Below are positions 51,645 through 64,000 of a stretch of 64,000 nucleotides of DNA, in pieces (position 1 is the stretch's first letter; every line of letters begins with the position of its first letter). The notes beneath the pieces are model-generated. The model made no database searches. It was not told where the DNA came from and saw only the letters and a list, made by a program, of their open reading frames with translations. Position numbers and translations under genes: made by a program. This DNA comes from Octopus vulgaris (lineage: Eukaryota): the NCBI GenBank assembly GCA_951406725.2, contig OX597816.1:134478001-134542000 (forward strand), read 5' to 3'.

Positions 51645-52454
51645 ACAAAAAAAAAATATTCCCAACAAATCCCTGGATTGAAACTTTACCAAAGTATACT
51701 CCCATCCCCACAAGAAGGAAAAAATACAATGAAACCCACCCCACCTTCATGATTCACAAAGAAAATCAGAATCATTTGGACTAAATTGTGAAAACTGATC
51801 ACTTATTATTCACAACAAATATTGAAACAACAATGCCAAACCATAAATATGCATAACATGGGCCAGTCAGTAATATAGTAATTCGATTCTTGATCAAATC
51901 ACAGAACAGTAGTTTTTATAGGTTTTCCTTAAAATACTACTCTATTGAAAATTTGAAATATCACCTAATGAAGGATGCTAATTCTTTAAACTTATTTCAT
52001 TGACTTCTTTTTGTAATTTTTTTTTTATATAGCTGTACTTTCAAACAGGCATAATGAATATAATGAAAAATATTGAATCCAGTCAAAAGTTAAAGGTTGA
52101 ATGCCATTGGTTCAACAAATACCAAAGATATACATGTGTGAAAGAGAAAAAGAAAGAGAGAGAGAGAGAGAGAAAATAGAGAGATAGTGTGTGTGCTTTG
52201 ATTTTTACTTTCGAGGAAATAAACTAAAATTTTTCTCCCTAAATGTCTAGTATTTCTTCCACACCATCTATAAAGTGTATGGAATTTTTATGTTTTAGAA
52301 AGTATATGGAAAGGTTTTGTTCAATTTTTAGTAGATAATTTAGTCTTTGATAACCTGCGACCTTTGTCACATGTTATGACTTAGGTCATGTGATCGCAAT
52401 GTTGTTTTGTAATCATTTGTAAATAACTCGTGTTCTTGTAAGTTAAATGAAAAC

Positions 52455-52691
52455 ATGGCACTGCGAACGTCGGCCGCATTAATTCTGTTCCTACTTGTTT
52501 GTGTGGGAAACCTGTTATGTTACGCTTATATACCCAAGATTATAAATGGTCGACCAACGGGTGGGTTTTTAAAAGGATTTTTATTCCACAGGCAATTGCC
52601 CCACAGTATTCAAGACCCTGTTACTAATGAATTATGGTTCGATCAGAAACTCGACCACTTTGACCCTTCGGATACGAGAACTTGGAAACAG
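52455..52691 (+). CDS. Serine carboxypeptidase S28 family protease (PRSS16/K12H4.7-like), exon 1
   Basis: Hydrophobic signal peptide MALRTSAALILFLLVCVGNLLCYA; S28 hallmark WFDQKLDHFDPSDTRTWKQ; CAG|GT donor, phase 0. Confidence 0.93.
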
Positions 52692-54000
52692 GTATAGATT
52701 TGATAACTTCTATTTAATATTTGCTTACAATCAAAAACAAGCAACAAAGATTATTCTATAGAATTATATGCACCCTAATAAGTGAAGAGCATCATATCGT
52801 ATAAAGAAGCGTGCATGCCCTTTTATTTCCTCTTTTTTTAAATACATTTTTAGTGTTATCATCCATTTACTTGTGACAGTTGGCTGTATTTTCAGTCGGT
52901 TATATTATTTATTTATAAAACAGCTTTTTTAGTTGGATGAAATATAGAATTCATTTCAAGCAATTACCGTGTAATTTCTTTGTGTGAGAGTTCTAGCGCA
53001 TGTTGTTATCTTGTGAGTAACGCTCATCTCCCAGCGAACTGACTACAGTCCACTTAATGCTTCACGCCTCTTTGTTATTTCACTATTAGCTGACTCGTCC
53101 TTGTTTTATATTACTCGAAAGCGACGTCTTCAGTGTTGTTTCCACTATCCAATGGGTTAAAGATATTTTTTTTTCAATTAGTATAATCTAACAAATTATA
53201 ATATCTATCTATATACTAGCCAATCAAGAACATTTTAATTACATATCGGATATCATTCCAAAGATTGTGTTTATAATTGGGCAATCCTTCGTAAGATTGT
53301 AAAAAATTGCAATAATCTGCTGTCGAATGAACTCCTATAGCTACAGGGTCACACGACTAACTAGAAATAGCAGCCCCTCCCTAACACGTGCGACTGTCTT
53401 AAAAAGAAAAAGACGTATTTAGATACAGAAGTACATGAATTCTGAAAATAAGACGTGATGGTCATAGCTTGAATGTCTTTGATAATAAGTTTGGTTTATT
53501 TCGACAGTCTGGCCGACTTAGAACTAAACAACACCAAATGTTTTCAGGATCTCAGGGAGGCTATAATTTATCAAAGATGTGTGCGAACAAATTGGGAAAA
53601 TGATCACCGTGCTAATGAAGATGCCTCTACATGACCTCTTGTCCTGTTAGAAATAGCAGTCAAGTCTCCGTTAGCTCACACCCTACTGTCTAAATAAAGG
53701 ACACGATGGATCGGCTGGAATGCTTTTGGTCATAGCTTTGCTGAATCAAGTTTGACCTAGGGCTAAAAAATAACTTATGGCCGGACTACATTTGCACATT
53801 TTCTGGGGTAACTCCTTAATATCCGTTAACGGAAACATTCATAAAATTACATAAGTTTTTAAAAACCGTAATTAAGTCTCTTTTTATTCTTTTTCTTTGA
53901 GACGCTTTAAGGTACTTGAACGATTTAGATGAGAAAATGCACCAAGACTTAATAAAAGGACTTAGCTTTTCCTCAGTGTTGTCAATATCTTGTGACAGCT

Positions 54001-54555
54001 AAGGCAGCGAGCTGGCAGAAACGTTAGCACGCCGGGCGAAATGCTTAGCGGTAGTTCGTCTGCCGTTACGTTCTGAATTCAAATTCCGCCGAGGTCGACT
54101 TTGCCTTTCATCCTTTCGGGGTCGATTAAATAAGTACGGTTACGCACTGGGGCCGATATAATCGACTTAATCCGTTTGTCTGTCCTTGTTTGTCCTCTCT
54201 GTGTTAGCCCCTTGTGGGTAGTAAAGAAATAGGTATTTCGTCTGCCGTTACGTTCTGAGTTCAAATTTCGCCGAGGTCGACTTTGCCTTTCATCCTTTCG
54301 GGGTCGATAAATTATGTACCAGTTGGGTACTGGGGTCGATCTAATCGACTGGCCCCCTCCCTCAAAATTTCGGGCCTTGTGCCTAGAGTACAAAAGAATA
54401 TCTTGTGACAACCAAGGCGGCGAGCTGCCAGAATCGTTAGCACACCAGGCAAAATGCTTAGCGGCATTTCATCCGGCCTTACATTCTGAGTTCAAATTCC
54501 GCCGAGGTCGACTTTACCTTTCCTCCTTTCGGGGTCGATAAAATAAGTACCAGAA
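54001..54555 (+). mobile_element. Cluster of CpG-rich family A SINE copies (composite 54001-54390 plus 54414-54555)
   Basis: Three copies of ttc..gagttcaaattccgccgaggtcgactttgcctttcatcctttcggggtcgat, two of them with heads ggc.gcgagctg.cagaa. Confidence 0.85.
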
Positions 54556-56765
54556 AGACTTCCGCCCTCCCCCCACACACACCCATTTCTCCCAAATTTG
54601 TTTATTAAAAAATTTTTTTAAAAAATTTTTTCGGAATCATAATCTCCGTATTTTTTTCGCAGATTTTGAGAGAAAAAAAATTCTGAAAAAAGTTTAAAAT
54701 GAATGAAATGGGGTGGGGGTTGAATAAAAGAAGTGCTAACCTAAGATTCTGTTTTGGGTGTGAACGTGTTAAAGGTCATATACATAGTTTGAAAGCCATT
54801 GTGCTACAATACCTTCCAAAGTCTCTTGAAGAAAAAAGATAAAAAGAGACCTAATTATGGGTTTTTAATGATTTAGTGCATCTTTTAGCATTTATTAATA
54901 AATTACTTTTGGATTGACAGTGTTTTATTTCAATGCCATACTGAATTATGAAATATATCTGTAGATAATAATAGCTTCAATTTTTGGCATAAGGCCAACA
55001 ATTTCGGGGGAGGGTGTAAACCGATTACATTGACCCCAGTACTCAACTAGTACTTAGTTTTATTGACCCCGAAAGGATGAAAGGCAAATTGGTATTCGAA
55101 CTCAGAACAGGAAGGTAGGTGAAATGCTGTGAAGTGTTTTACCCAGCATGCTAATGATTCTGCCAGCTTGCCACCTTATATCTGTTAATAATAACAAATC
55201 AAAAATCTAATTCTTAATTACACTGCAATGGCAAACAATCTGGCTGTTGGACAGCATCAAAAAGGAGAAAACTTTTATTCTGTAGCTCCAAACAAACAAG
55301 ATACTAGCAATAATTTGACAAAGTGAAAGTGGAACGCTATAATCGAAGATTGCCCCTCATCCCTTTAAGATAGTGAGACCAAACAAAATGAGGGAAGGTG
55401 TTGTGAGATCAGTTCTTGGAATTTTTGTTTTCACAGAATTGAGAAGAGCAGCGGTGACCATGTTACAGATCTATCTCACTTATTCTAGCTGGGAGAAAAG
55501 AAACATAGTGCCAGTTGTGATTTATTGTTGGACAAAATGCTTAGCAGCATTTCTTTTGGTTTCAAATTCCATCATTTACTTTTTTAGGATCAATAAAATA
55601 AGTACCAGTTGAGTTCAAATTCCATCATTTACCTTTTTGGGATCAATAAAATAGGTACCAGTTGAGCACAGGGATTGATGTAATCGATAGTCCCCCCACT
55701 ACATTTCAGGCCTTGTACCTATAGTAGAAGGAATTATTGTCATCATGATTTTTATGTTTGTTTCTCATGGGTTGTCATGGTCTGTTCTTATTAAGAGTTA
55801 CTGTCCTCTTAGAGAGATCAGTGGCCCATGTCTCATATATACTGATTTTGTCATGGTTTTACAGCAGGGTGCCTCTCCTAGTGCCAACCACTTCATAGAA
55901 TGTACTGAATATATTTTACTAGAGAAGTTATCTTGTCTTCTACAAAACTAGAGTCTTTACTGTAATGTCACCTTTCAGTCAAGGCAAACATGAGTGAGAA
56001 GGTGAATAGAAGAGAGATGTGATGGAGTGAGAGCAAAGGTAAGAGGATAAAAGAAGAGAGAGAATGTGGAGAGAAATAGTGATACAAGTGGGAAGAGAAA
56101 CAGCAATAGGCAGCTACATATTGGTTGTTGGTAAGGAGACTGGATAGAAAAAACAGCATGAGCAGTGGTAAGGGAAGATGGTGATGAGGGAGTAATGGAA
56201 AAGGGAAGAATGTGAGAAAGAGCGTGAAAGATTGAAATATAAGGTTATTATGTAATTATTACATGTCACTGCATATACTTAGCATGTATTTATACTGCTG
56301 CAATATCCTGTTATTGAGGCATTGTTTTATTGCCTCATATCCTTCTTGTTAATCCTTACCTATTTTTCAAGTAAGGGATGTTTTATTTCACATGTTTTGA
56401 AGGTACAAAGCCAGCAGACAGTAATTGGTTGGCAGATGAAATGATATTCATATCACTGCTTGTAGCTTGCAATTTTCAAACAAATATGTATGCATACACA
56501 CATATGTGTAAGACTAGTGTAGGAGTTGCTAGGCACAAGCATGGCTGTGTGGCAAGAAGGCTGCTTCCAACCACATGGTTCTCAATTTTGGGTAACCATC
56601 TTCTACTATAGTCCCCAGTCCAACCAAAGCCTTGTAAGTGAATTTCGTAGATTAAAACTGAAAGAAGTCTGTTGTGTATGTATGTGCATGTGTGTTACTA
56701 TCTCCTTAGCTTAGCATTGTAAGATAGTTGTAAATGAGTGTCATCACAATGCAAGCAGTGTCCTT

Positions 56766-57865
56766 TCATCATCATCATCATCATCATCGTCCGTTCTCCA
56801 TGCTAGCATGGGTTGGATGGTTCGACCGGGGATCTGGGAAGCCAGAAGGCTGCACTAGGTTCCAGTCTGATCTGGCAGTGTTTCTACAGCTGGATGCCCT
56901 TCCTAACGCCAACCACTCTGTGAGTGTAGTGGGTGCTTTTTACGTGCCACCTGCACAGGTGCCAGGTGAGGCTGGCAACGGCCACGATCAGATTGGTGCA
57001 TTTTACGTGCCACCAGCATGGAAGCCAGTCAAGGCGGCGCTGGCATTGGCCACGATTCGGATGGTACTTTTTACGTGCCACCGGCACGGAAGCCAGTCTA
57101 GGCGGCGCTGGCATCGACCATGTTCAGATGGTGCTTTTTACGTGCCACTGGCACGGAAGCCAGTCAAGGTGGAGCTGGCATTGGCCACGATTTGGATAGC
57201 GTTTTTTACGTGCCACCGGCACGGAAGCCAGTCAAGGAGGCGCTGGCATCGGCCATGATTCGGATAGTGCTTTTTACGTGCCACCGGCATGGAAGCCAGT
57301 CTAGGTGGCGCTGGCATCGGCCACGTTCAGATGGTGCTTTTTACGTGCCACCGGCACAGGGATCACAACTGCAGTTTCCATTGATTTTGATGTTGGTGTA
57401 CTTGACTCAGTGGATCTCCTCAAGCACAGGGTCGAAATGGTGTTTCTTCACTTGCCACCTGCACAGGAGTCAGTCCAGCGGTCCTGGCAACTGCCGGGTG
57501 CCAGTCATAGGATTGGTTCAATTTCGATTCCGATTTCACTTGCCCCAACAGGTCTTCGCAAGCAGAGTTTAGTGTCCAATGAAGGGAGGTTGGCATGGGT
57601 GCCTGTCGTCGGATGAGGTTCGATTTCGACTTCGCTTGCCTCAACAGGTCTTTGTGTGTCCAAGGGAAGAAAGACATGCATAAGTGGGCTGGACTCACTT
57701 GTCCTGCCGGGTCTTCTCACGCACAGCATACTTCCAAAGGTCTCGGTCGCTAGTCATTGCCTCGGTGAGGCCTAACGTTCGAAGGTCGTGCTTCACCACC
57801 TTGTCCCAGGTTTTCCTGGGTCTACCTCTTCCACAGGTTCCCTCAACTGCTAGGGATTGGCACTT
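56766..57865 (-). mobile_element. RTE LINE 3' fragment inserted in a SINE-derived region
   Basis: Minus-strand VEGTCGRGRPRKTWDKVVKHDLRTLGLTEAMTSDRDLWKYAVREKT; about seven ~61-bp 3' UTR repeats; (GAT)n tail at 56766-56788. Confidence 0.9.
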
Positions 57866-58040
57866 GTTTCCAATATTCTGTGAAAATATTACCTTTCTTG
57901 CAAATAGATGAGAGTTGGTGACAGAAAGGGCATCCAACCATAAAAAATTTACCTAGTGACATTAATAATTCAATTTCATCTTTTTTTTTTTTTATTGATA
58001 CATTTTTAAATATTTGTTTATATTTAATTCTTTATTCTAG

Positions 58041-58222
58041 CGATATTTTATAAACAAATCATACTTCAAGCCTGGTGGTCCAATATTTCTAATGATTGGT
58101 GGAGAAGGTACAGCTGATCCAATATGGATGTCCACGGGAGATTGGGTCGAAAATGCCAAGAAGTACAATGCTTTCTGTATCCAAGTGGAACATCGGTTTT
58201 ATGGGAAAAGTCATCCGACTGA
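58041..58222 (+). CDS. S28 serine protease exon 2
   Basis: [23 protein letters not shown]...[12 protein letters not shown], with the S28 GGEG and EHRFYG motifs; ctAG / GTAAGT; phase 0-2. Confidence 0.95.
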
Positions 58223-58282
58223 GTAAGTTGTCAGATTTCCAACTTTATGAGTTTTAGTCTCTTTGAATCTTTCCCTGCTTAA

Positions 58283-58497
58283 CCCTTTAGCATTTAAACT
58301 GACCATATCTGGCCAAAATATTCTACATGTTCTGTGCTCAAATTAACCAGATCTGGCCTCTCACACCTACCTTATAATGCCACTATTAAAATAAACAATC
58401 TCATCATCAAAATCTTAAAGCTATGAGAAAATGCATGATTAATTCAATGTGAATAAATAAGCAGTACATTTCACAGAATAATCTGAATGCTGAAGGG
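58283..58497. mobile_element. piggyBac-type MITE
   Basis: TTAA|CCCTT...AAGGG|TTAA; homologous to 14340-14558. Confidence 0.75.
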
Positions 58498-60826
58498 TTA
58501 AACTATATGAAGATATCTAACCTGGACAATATAACTTAACTATATATATAGAATATAGATAACCTGTTAACAGATTATGTTTATTCTCAAATATGTGTGT
58601 GTGAGTGTGTGATGCTTTTCTTAACATTATCCACTTTACAATGTGTACTGGCTGCTTTTCTCATGCCACTGGCACTAGTGAGATTGCTATGCAGCATGCA
58701 AGCCTACAGAACCCAAGGGGTGGGGCTATCAGAGAGAGTTAAGGTTTGAGAGAAATAGGTAGAATAGAGCTAGTTCTTGTTATTGGGAAGCTACATGACT
58801 ACTCACATTTAGGAGAGTGAGAAACAAATTAGTAGTAATTGCAAAGATATATATATATATATATATAGTATTTGTAGTATCTCATCTACATAAAATCTCT
58901 AGCATTTAAACTGGTCATATCCAAAGTTTTCTACCTGTTTTATTGTTCAAACTGGATTTATCAAGCCTTTCACATGTATCCTACAATGCCATCATAAAAA
59001 TAAATAGCCACATCATCAAAATCTCAGTTATAAGTTAATGCATGATTAATTCAAAACAATCTGATTAAATAAGCATTATATTTGCCAGATTAATCTGAAT
59101 GCTAAAGGGTTAATGCTTGGTCATAATGAGTATGCAGTTACATGCGAAATAGGTGGGATACTGATAATATAAATGAGTACATGTGCTGGAATAGTTTGGG
59201 AGATTTTACAAATCATCATCGTCATCGTTTAATGTCCGCTTTCCATGCTAGCATGGGTTGGGTGATTTGACTGAGGTCTGACGAACAAGATGGCTGCACC
59301 AGACTCCAATCTGATCTGGCAGAGTTTCTACAGCTAGATGCCCTTCCTAACGCCAGTGACCAATAGAAATTAAATTGTCTTGTCATGTAAAAATCCAAAG
59401 TGAAATTTATGTATATTTTGGTTCTCATGCCAGAAGAGAGATTCTTGTGACGGTTATAATCTGAGGAAGACATTACTCAATATGATCTAAGAACATTGGG
59501 CCACAGTATTTTAGGTACACTGAATAAAAGGATGTTAATGGCAGTTTAATTTTAAATAATAAAATTATTATGTTTACTGTCATCTCCATTTTCTTACTGA
59601 CATAAGTTGAACAGATTTACAATGTAGTATCCTTTCAAGTGTATTGACTCATGGTATATTTAATGTTTATGGACACATGGTTAAATGCTTCAGGAATTTT
59701 CTTTAGAATCAGAAGTTTCTGTGTTTGATCCCACTGTGCTACAACTTAGGCAAATGAATTCTAGTAAAGCATTGACTCAACTCAAGCTTTGTGTGTGAAC
59801 TAGAAAGCTCAACCAAGCCATATACAGTGTCATGCTGAGTCTTCCTGAAGGCTAGTTAAGGATATATGTGTCTGTGAAATTCTCAACCATTTACACAGTA
59901 ATACAGAATAGACACTTCTATTGATTGAAAACGATAATATTCATTAGACACAAGATTCATTCATAATGTCCATGGTTTACATTTCTCCAAGGTTTCATAT
60001 TTCATTGACTACCTGTACTTTTTTCCTTCAGTTTTTTGATTTGAAACATTCTTCCTTTCTTTTTTTCTTTTCATGAATAATGAAGGAATATTGTAATTAA
60101 TATAATATAAACGTTATTGTTCACTTGAGAGTTTATATATTTGTATCAAATAAATTATTTTATTGTTCTAATCCTAATTTTTGCTGGATCTGTTCATCAG
60201 CTCTAGTTTTAGTTTGTTAAATACACTCATTGAAAAAGCTATCTAAGAACAATTAATTACAGATTCATTATGACTGAGCATAAAATATACACAAAATACT
60301 GATGCATACCCATACACACACATATGCATACACACTGATCCATCGGTTTAATTAAAGATAATAAAGGACCATTTCTATAATAGTATTATTTTTGTTGGTA
60401 AAATCAATCAGAAAACCTCTTAGTTCAAATCCCACCAAAATCATCTATCTTTCATTCTTCTGAGGTCAATATAATTGATTGCTCTTAATCCACCAAATTT
60501 GCAGTTCATGTGAAGATCATTTTGCCACAATATTGGTTTACTGTTGGTCACTAAAGTAACATAAATAACAGAATAAAAATATTTATCTCCTTGAACATTT
60601 GGCTGATTTTTCTGAAAAATTCTTTATACATTTCATACATTTTGGGGTTTAAAAGCGAACAACAACTTGTACTCTTCTAAAAGTACAGCTTTTGTTCTTA
60701 GGAAATGGAAAGTATATGATGAAAATCTTTACCACTTAAAAACTGTTTTATCAATAATTTTCATGATGTTTTCAAGTCATCATGAATGAAAACTGTAGGA
60801 ATAATACATATATATATATATTTATA

Positions 60827-62107
60827 CAGGGGTTGGACAAAATAATGGAAACATCTTAGAATTTCAAACAAATTTATTTTAATATGGGGTAGGACCACCT
60901 TTGGCAGTAATTACAGCTTGAATTCTACAAGGTATGGACTCGTACAAAGTTTGAATTGTTTCCAAAGGAATTTTTGTCCATTCTCCAGCTAAAACGGTCT
61001 CCAGTTCTTGTAGTGATAATGGTGGGGGATATCGACTCCTTACTTGTTTTTCTAAAATAAACCATAAATGTTCAATAATATTGAGATCTGGGGACTGTGG
61101 TGGCTAGATATGTTGAATTTCGCTAGAATGTTCCTCATGCTATTCAGTAACAACTTTAGCTGTGTGAATTGGTGCATTATCATCCTGAAAGATTGTGTTT
61201 CTCTCCAGAAACAGTTCCGCAACCATAAGGTGAATTTGATCAGATAAAATGCTTAAATAGTCTTGACTATTAATTCTGCCATGAAGAGAAACCATTGGGC
61301 TGGTGGATTTCCAAGATATAGCACCCCCAGATCATCACAGATCCTCCTCCATGTTTAATAGTTGGAAGAAGGCAGTCTGGATCAAATGCTTGTTTTGGCT
61401 GTTTCCACATGTATACTCGGCCAGTGGTTGGAAATAAGGTAAAGGATGACTTGTCCGAGAAAATAACATTCTTCCACTTCTCTAGGGACCAATTCTATAG
61501 GTTTTTACTCCACTCTAAACACTTTGCAACGTTTGTTTTTGCAAGTAGTGGTTTTCTGATTGCAGCCCACCCATGAAATCCAGCTTTGTGCAGCACCCAG
61601 CGAACAGCTTTTGTGGAAACTGGGTTCTCAAGATGGTCATTAAGCTTAGGAGCTGTACTTTTGTGATCCTTTGTAACAATTCGCATGAGAGTCTGACGGT
61701 CCATATCTGAAAGTTTTGGTTTTCTTCCGGAGTTTTGTTTCGACGAGGAGGTTTTTTCCTCTTTCTCAAAAGCTGTTATTACTTTTGAGACAGTACTTCT
61801 TGATGCATCACACATTTCGGTTGTTTTCGTTATGCTAGCACCTACGATACAAGCACCAACAATTTGACCTCTTTGAAAGTCCAATATATCTGTCATTCTA
61901 ATGAATTTTAAATACCTTTTTCTGATGACATCTGAAAAGAAACAGCAATTTTAGCAAAACGTATTAAGCAACACTAATAATAAATCCAAAGACATAAAAA
62001 CAAAGAAGCTTTCAAATCCAAAAACAAAAGCTTTTGATGGTTTTATAGACATTTCAAAATTATGATGTTATGAAACTAGGTGTTTCCATTATTTTGTCCA
62101 ACCCCTG
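60827..62107 (-). mobile_element. Full-length but degenerate Tc1 transposon (1281 bp) in S28 gene intron 2
   Basis: TA|caggggttggacaaaataatggaaaca ... tgtttccattattttgtccaacccctg|TA perfect TIRs. ORF 61896-61495 is a paired-like HTH (SGRKPKLS..D; AIRKPLL). Downstream FQDDNAPIHTA and SPDLNIIEHL are interrupted by stops and frameshifts. Confidence 0.95.
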
Positions 62108-62933
62108 TATATATATGTTATATGAGACAAGGCATAAATAATGGTCATTACATATTTTTCTTTATTGTAGTAAATTTGACTTACAACTGTTTCCAGTAGT
62201 CGTTATAGGTTCATTCTTGATAGGTTTACTCAATCGGCCAATTGATTGGTTCTGTAAAATTGTTTGACCTAAAAATATTAATGCTACTTTCATCAGTCAT
62301 TTCTGATTATAACAAAGCAGATCACTGAAGGAATTGTACAGGTATGGGTGGGGAGAGAAGAAAAATAATAAAAATCAATATAAGGTAAGTAGAAGAGAGA
62401 TAAAGAGGAAAGGGAAAAAGAAGTGATGATTTGGAAGTGATGGATTGTCTCTCACTAATAACTTTATATATATCATCATCATCATTTATATATATGTGTA
62501 TATATACATATATTTATGTGTGTATATATATGTATTATTTATGTATGTATGTGTGTATATATATATATGTATATATGTTTGTGTGTATATATAAATATGT
62601 GTGTATAAAGAAGACTGCCGTATATATGTGTATATTTGTGTGTGTGTGTGTGTGTGTCTGTCTGTCTGTCTGTGTCTGTACCCTCACCATTGCTTGACAA
62701 CCAATGTTACTGTATTTACATTCCCATAACTTAGCGGCTCAGCAAAAGACACCGATACAATAAGTACTTGGCTTACAAAGAATAAACCCTGTGGTTGATA
62801 TTTTTGACCAAAGGCGCTGTTCCAGCATGACTGCAGTCACATAACTGAAACAAATAAGACAATAAAAATATCTATACTATTTTAATCCTGAGCAAGGTTG
62901 GGTATCTCTGCTAGTATATATATATATATATAT

Positions 62934-62982
<49 letters not shown>

Positions 62983-63376
62983 TATAAATTCCATAAGCAT
63001 TCATTTGAAGTGTTTTGATTTAATATAAAGAAAGATAGACATTGTCATTAGATGATTCAAAGTTCCAGATTGTAACTATCTGCTGTCTTTATCTTTATTT
63101 TATAAGTAATGTTCTTAAGATCAAAATTGCATTATAATTTAATTTAATCTGGTTATAACTTAATGAACTCAAAATATTTTAGGCATATCATATTTAAAAT
63201 GGCTAAAATATGGGGTAGATTGATAGAAGGACTACATTTGTGATGTTCTTGATTTTGAAAATAAGGAATAATTTTGAAGTTAAAAAGAACCTGTTGAATT
63301 ATATGAGTAAAGAATTTTTGTAAATTAATCAAAATTTGTGAAATATAATTACTTTTATTTTATTTACATATTATAG

Positions 63377-63513
63377 AGACATGAGCACTGAAAACCTTAA
63401 ATATTTAAGTAGCATGCAAGCACTTGCTGATTTGGCAAATTTCCGACAGAACATTTCTCCTCAATTTGGTTTTACAAAGAATAAATGGATATCTTTTGGT
63501 GGTTCCTATCCTG
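63377..63513 (+). CDS. S28 serine protease exon 3 (catalytic Ser); gene continues beyond window
   Basis: DMSTENLKYLSSMQALADLANF...KWISFGGSYPG; nucleophile Ser codon at 63504-06; phase 2-1. Confidence 0.95.
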
Positions 63514-64000
63514 GTAAATAACAGCTTTATATTTTTGAAAGAACTTTCTATAAAATGTTAATCATATTCTCATGACTTATTAAATATAATAGAAGTACAT
63601 AGGAAAAGTGAATCTGAAATATTGCAACAAAATATCTGAGACAATAACCCTGTCCAATTAGTGCTGCTAATCTAGTTACAATGTAATTTAGTGAAACCTT
63701 GCTTAATTTTATTATTGTCAGTTTGTTATTGTTTAGCCTCAGTCAACTCTAATGAAGAAGCCCTATGATCAAAAACACTGTTTTAAGAAGGACAACATTA
63801 TATAGTGGAAGGAAGGGGGTCAATGGGCCACACACCTCAGAATAGATGGTGTGCTCAGCTGTACCTTGTAGTCATGACTGCAATGGTGTTGCTGCATAGA
63901 ATGGCCAGCAACACTTGGTGCAGCCACTCCACTTCACACCACTTTTATCCTGATTTTGCAGAGGAAATTGGTAGTGCAGGATCCAAGGACATCTAAGGTC

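Noticed and set aside
56935-57360. Regularly spaced palindromic repeats resembling a CRISPR array
   Set aside because: The intervening sequences are also repeated (no unique spacers), there are no cas genes, the context is eukaryotic and the array belongs to an RTE 3' UTR.
56734-57616. Long ORFs (174, 150 and 103 aa) on +
   Set aside because: Antisense readings of the GC-rich RTE 3' UTR tandem repeats.
61922-61945. CTGATGA followed by GAAA, and other CTGATGA hits (about 4322, 12372, 30351, 47038)
   Set aside because: No stem II, stem III or stem I pairing. These are chance matches within Tc1, the RT YADD codons or a COPS6 exon antisense.

Overview
AT-rich, intron-containing animal genomic DNA. 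The SINE/RTE-LINE repertoire and microsatellite load suggest an octopus, but this is inferred from recalled repeat families and not verified. Two genes lie head-to-head about 7.2 kb apart. One is a complete 10-exon COP9 signalosome subunit 6 gene (COPS6/CSN6; minus strand, CDS 45241 to 24160, 322 aa, all GT-AG introns in consistent phase). The other is the first three exons of a secreted serine carboxypeptidase S28-family protease (plus strand, from 52455, running off the window). The rest is mostly transposon debris: RTE and RNase H-bearing LINE 3' ends, tRNA-derived SINEs, Tc1/mariner elements, piggyBac- and pogo-type MITEs, a solo LTR and microsatellites. The most notable feature is a young 1.83-kb non-coding element at 5925-7753, inserted in a (TA)n tract and built from ~585-bp units in tandem and inverted orientation. 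It carries three intact type I hammerhead ribozymes, two on + and one on -. Each has a self-complementary minimal stem III (ACGTACGT) and an unusually long stem II. It looks like a Penelope pseudo-LTR / retrozyme-like system predicted to release a 585-nt, possibly circular, RNA and also to form a ~640-bp fold-back. Most ORFs in the supplied track are microsatellite or repeat artefacts.
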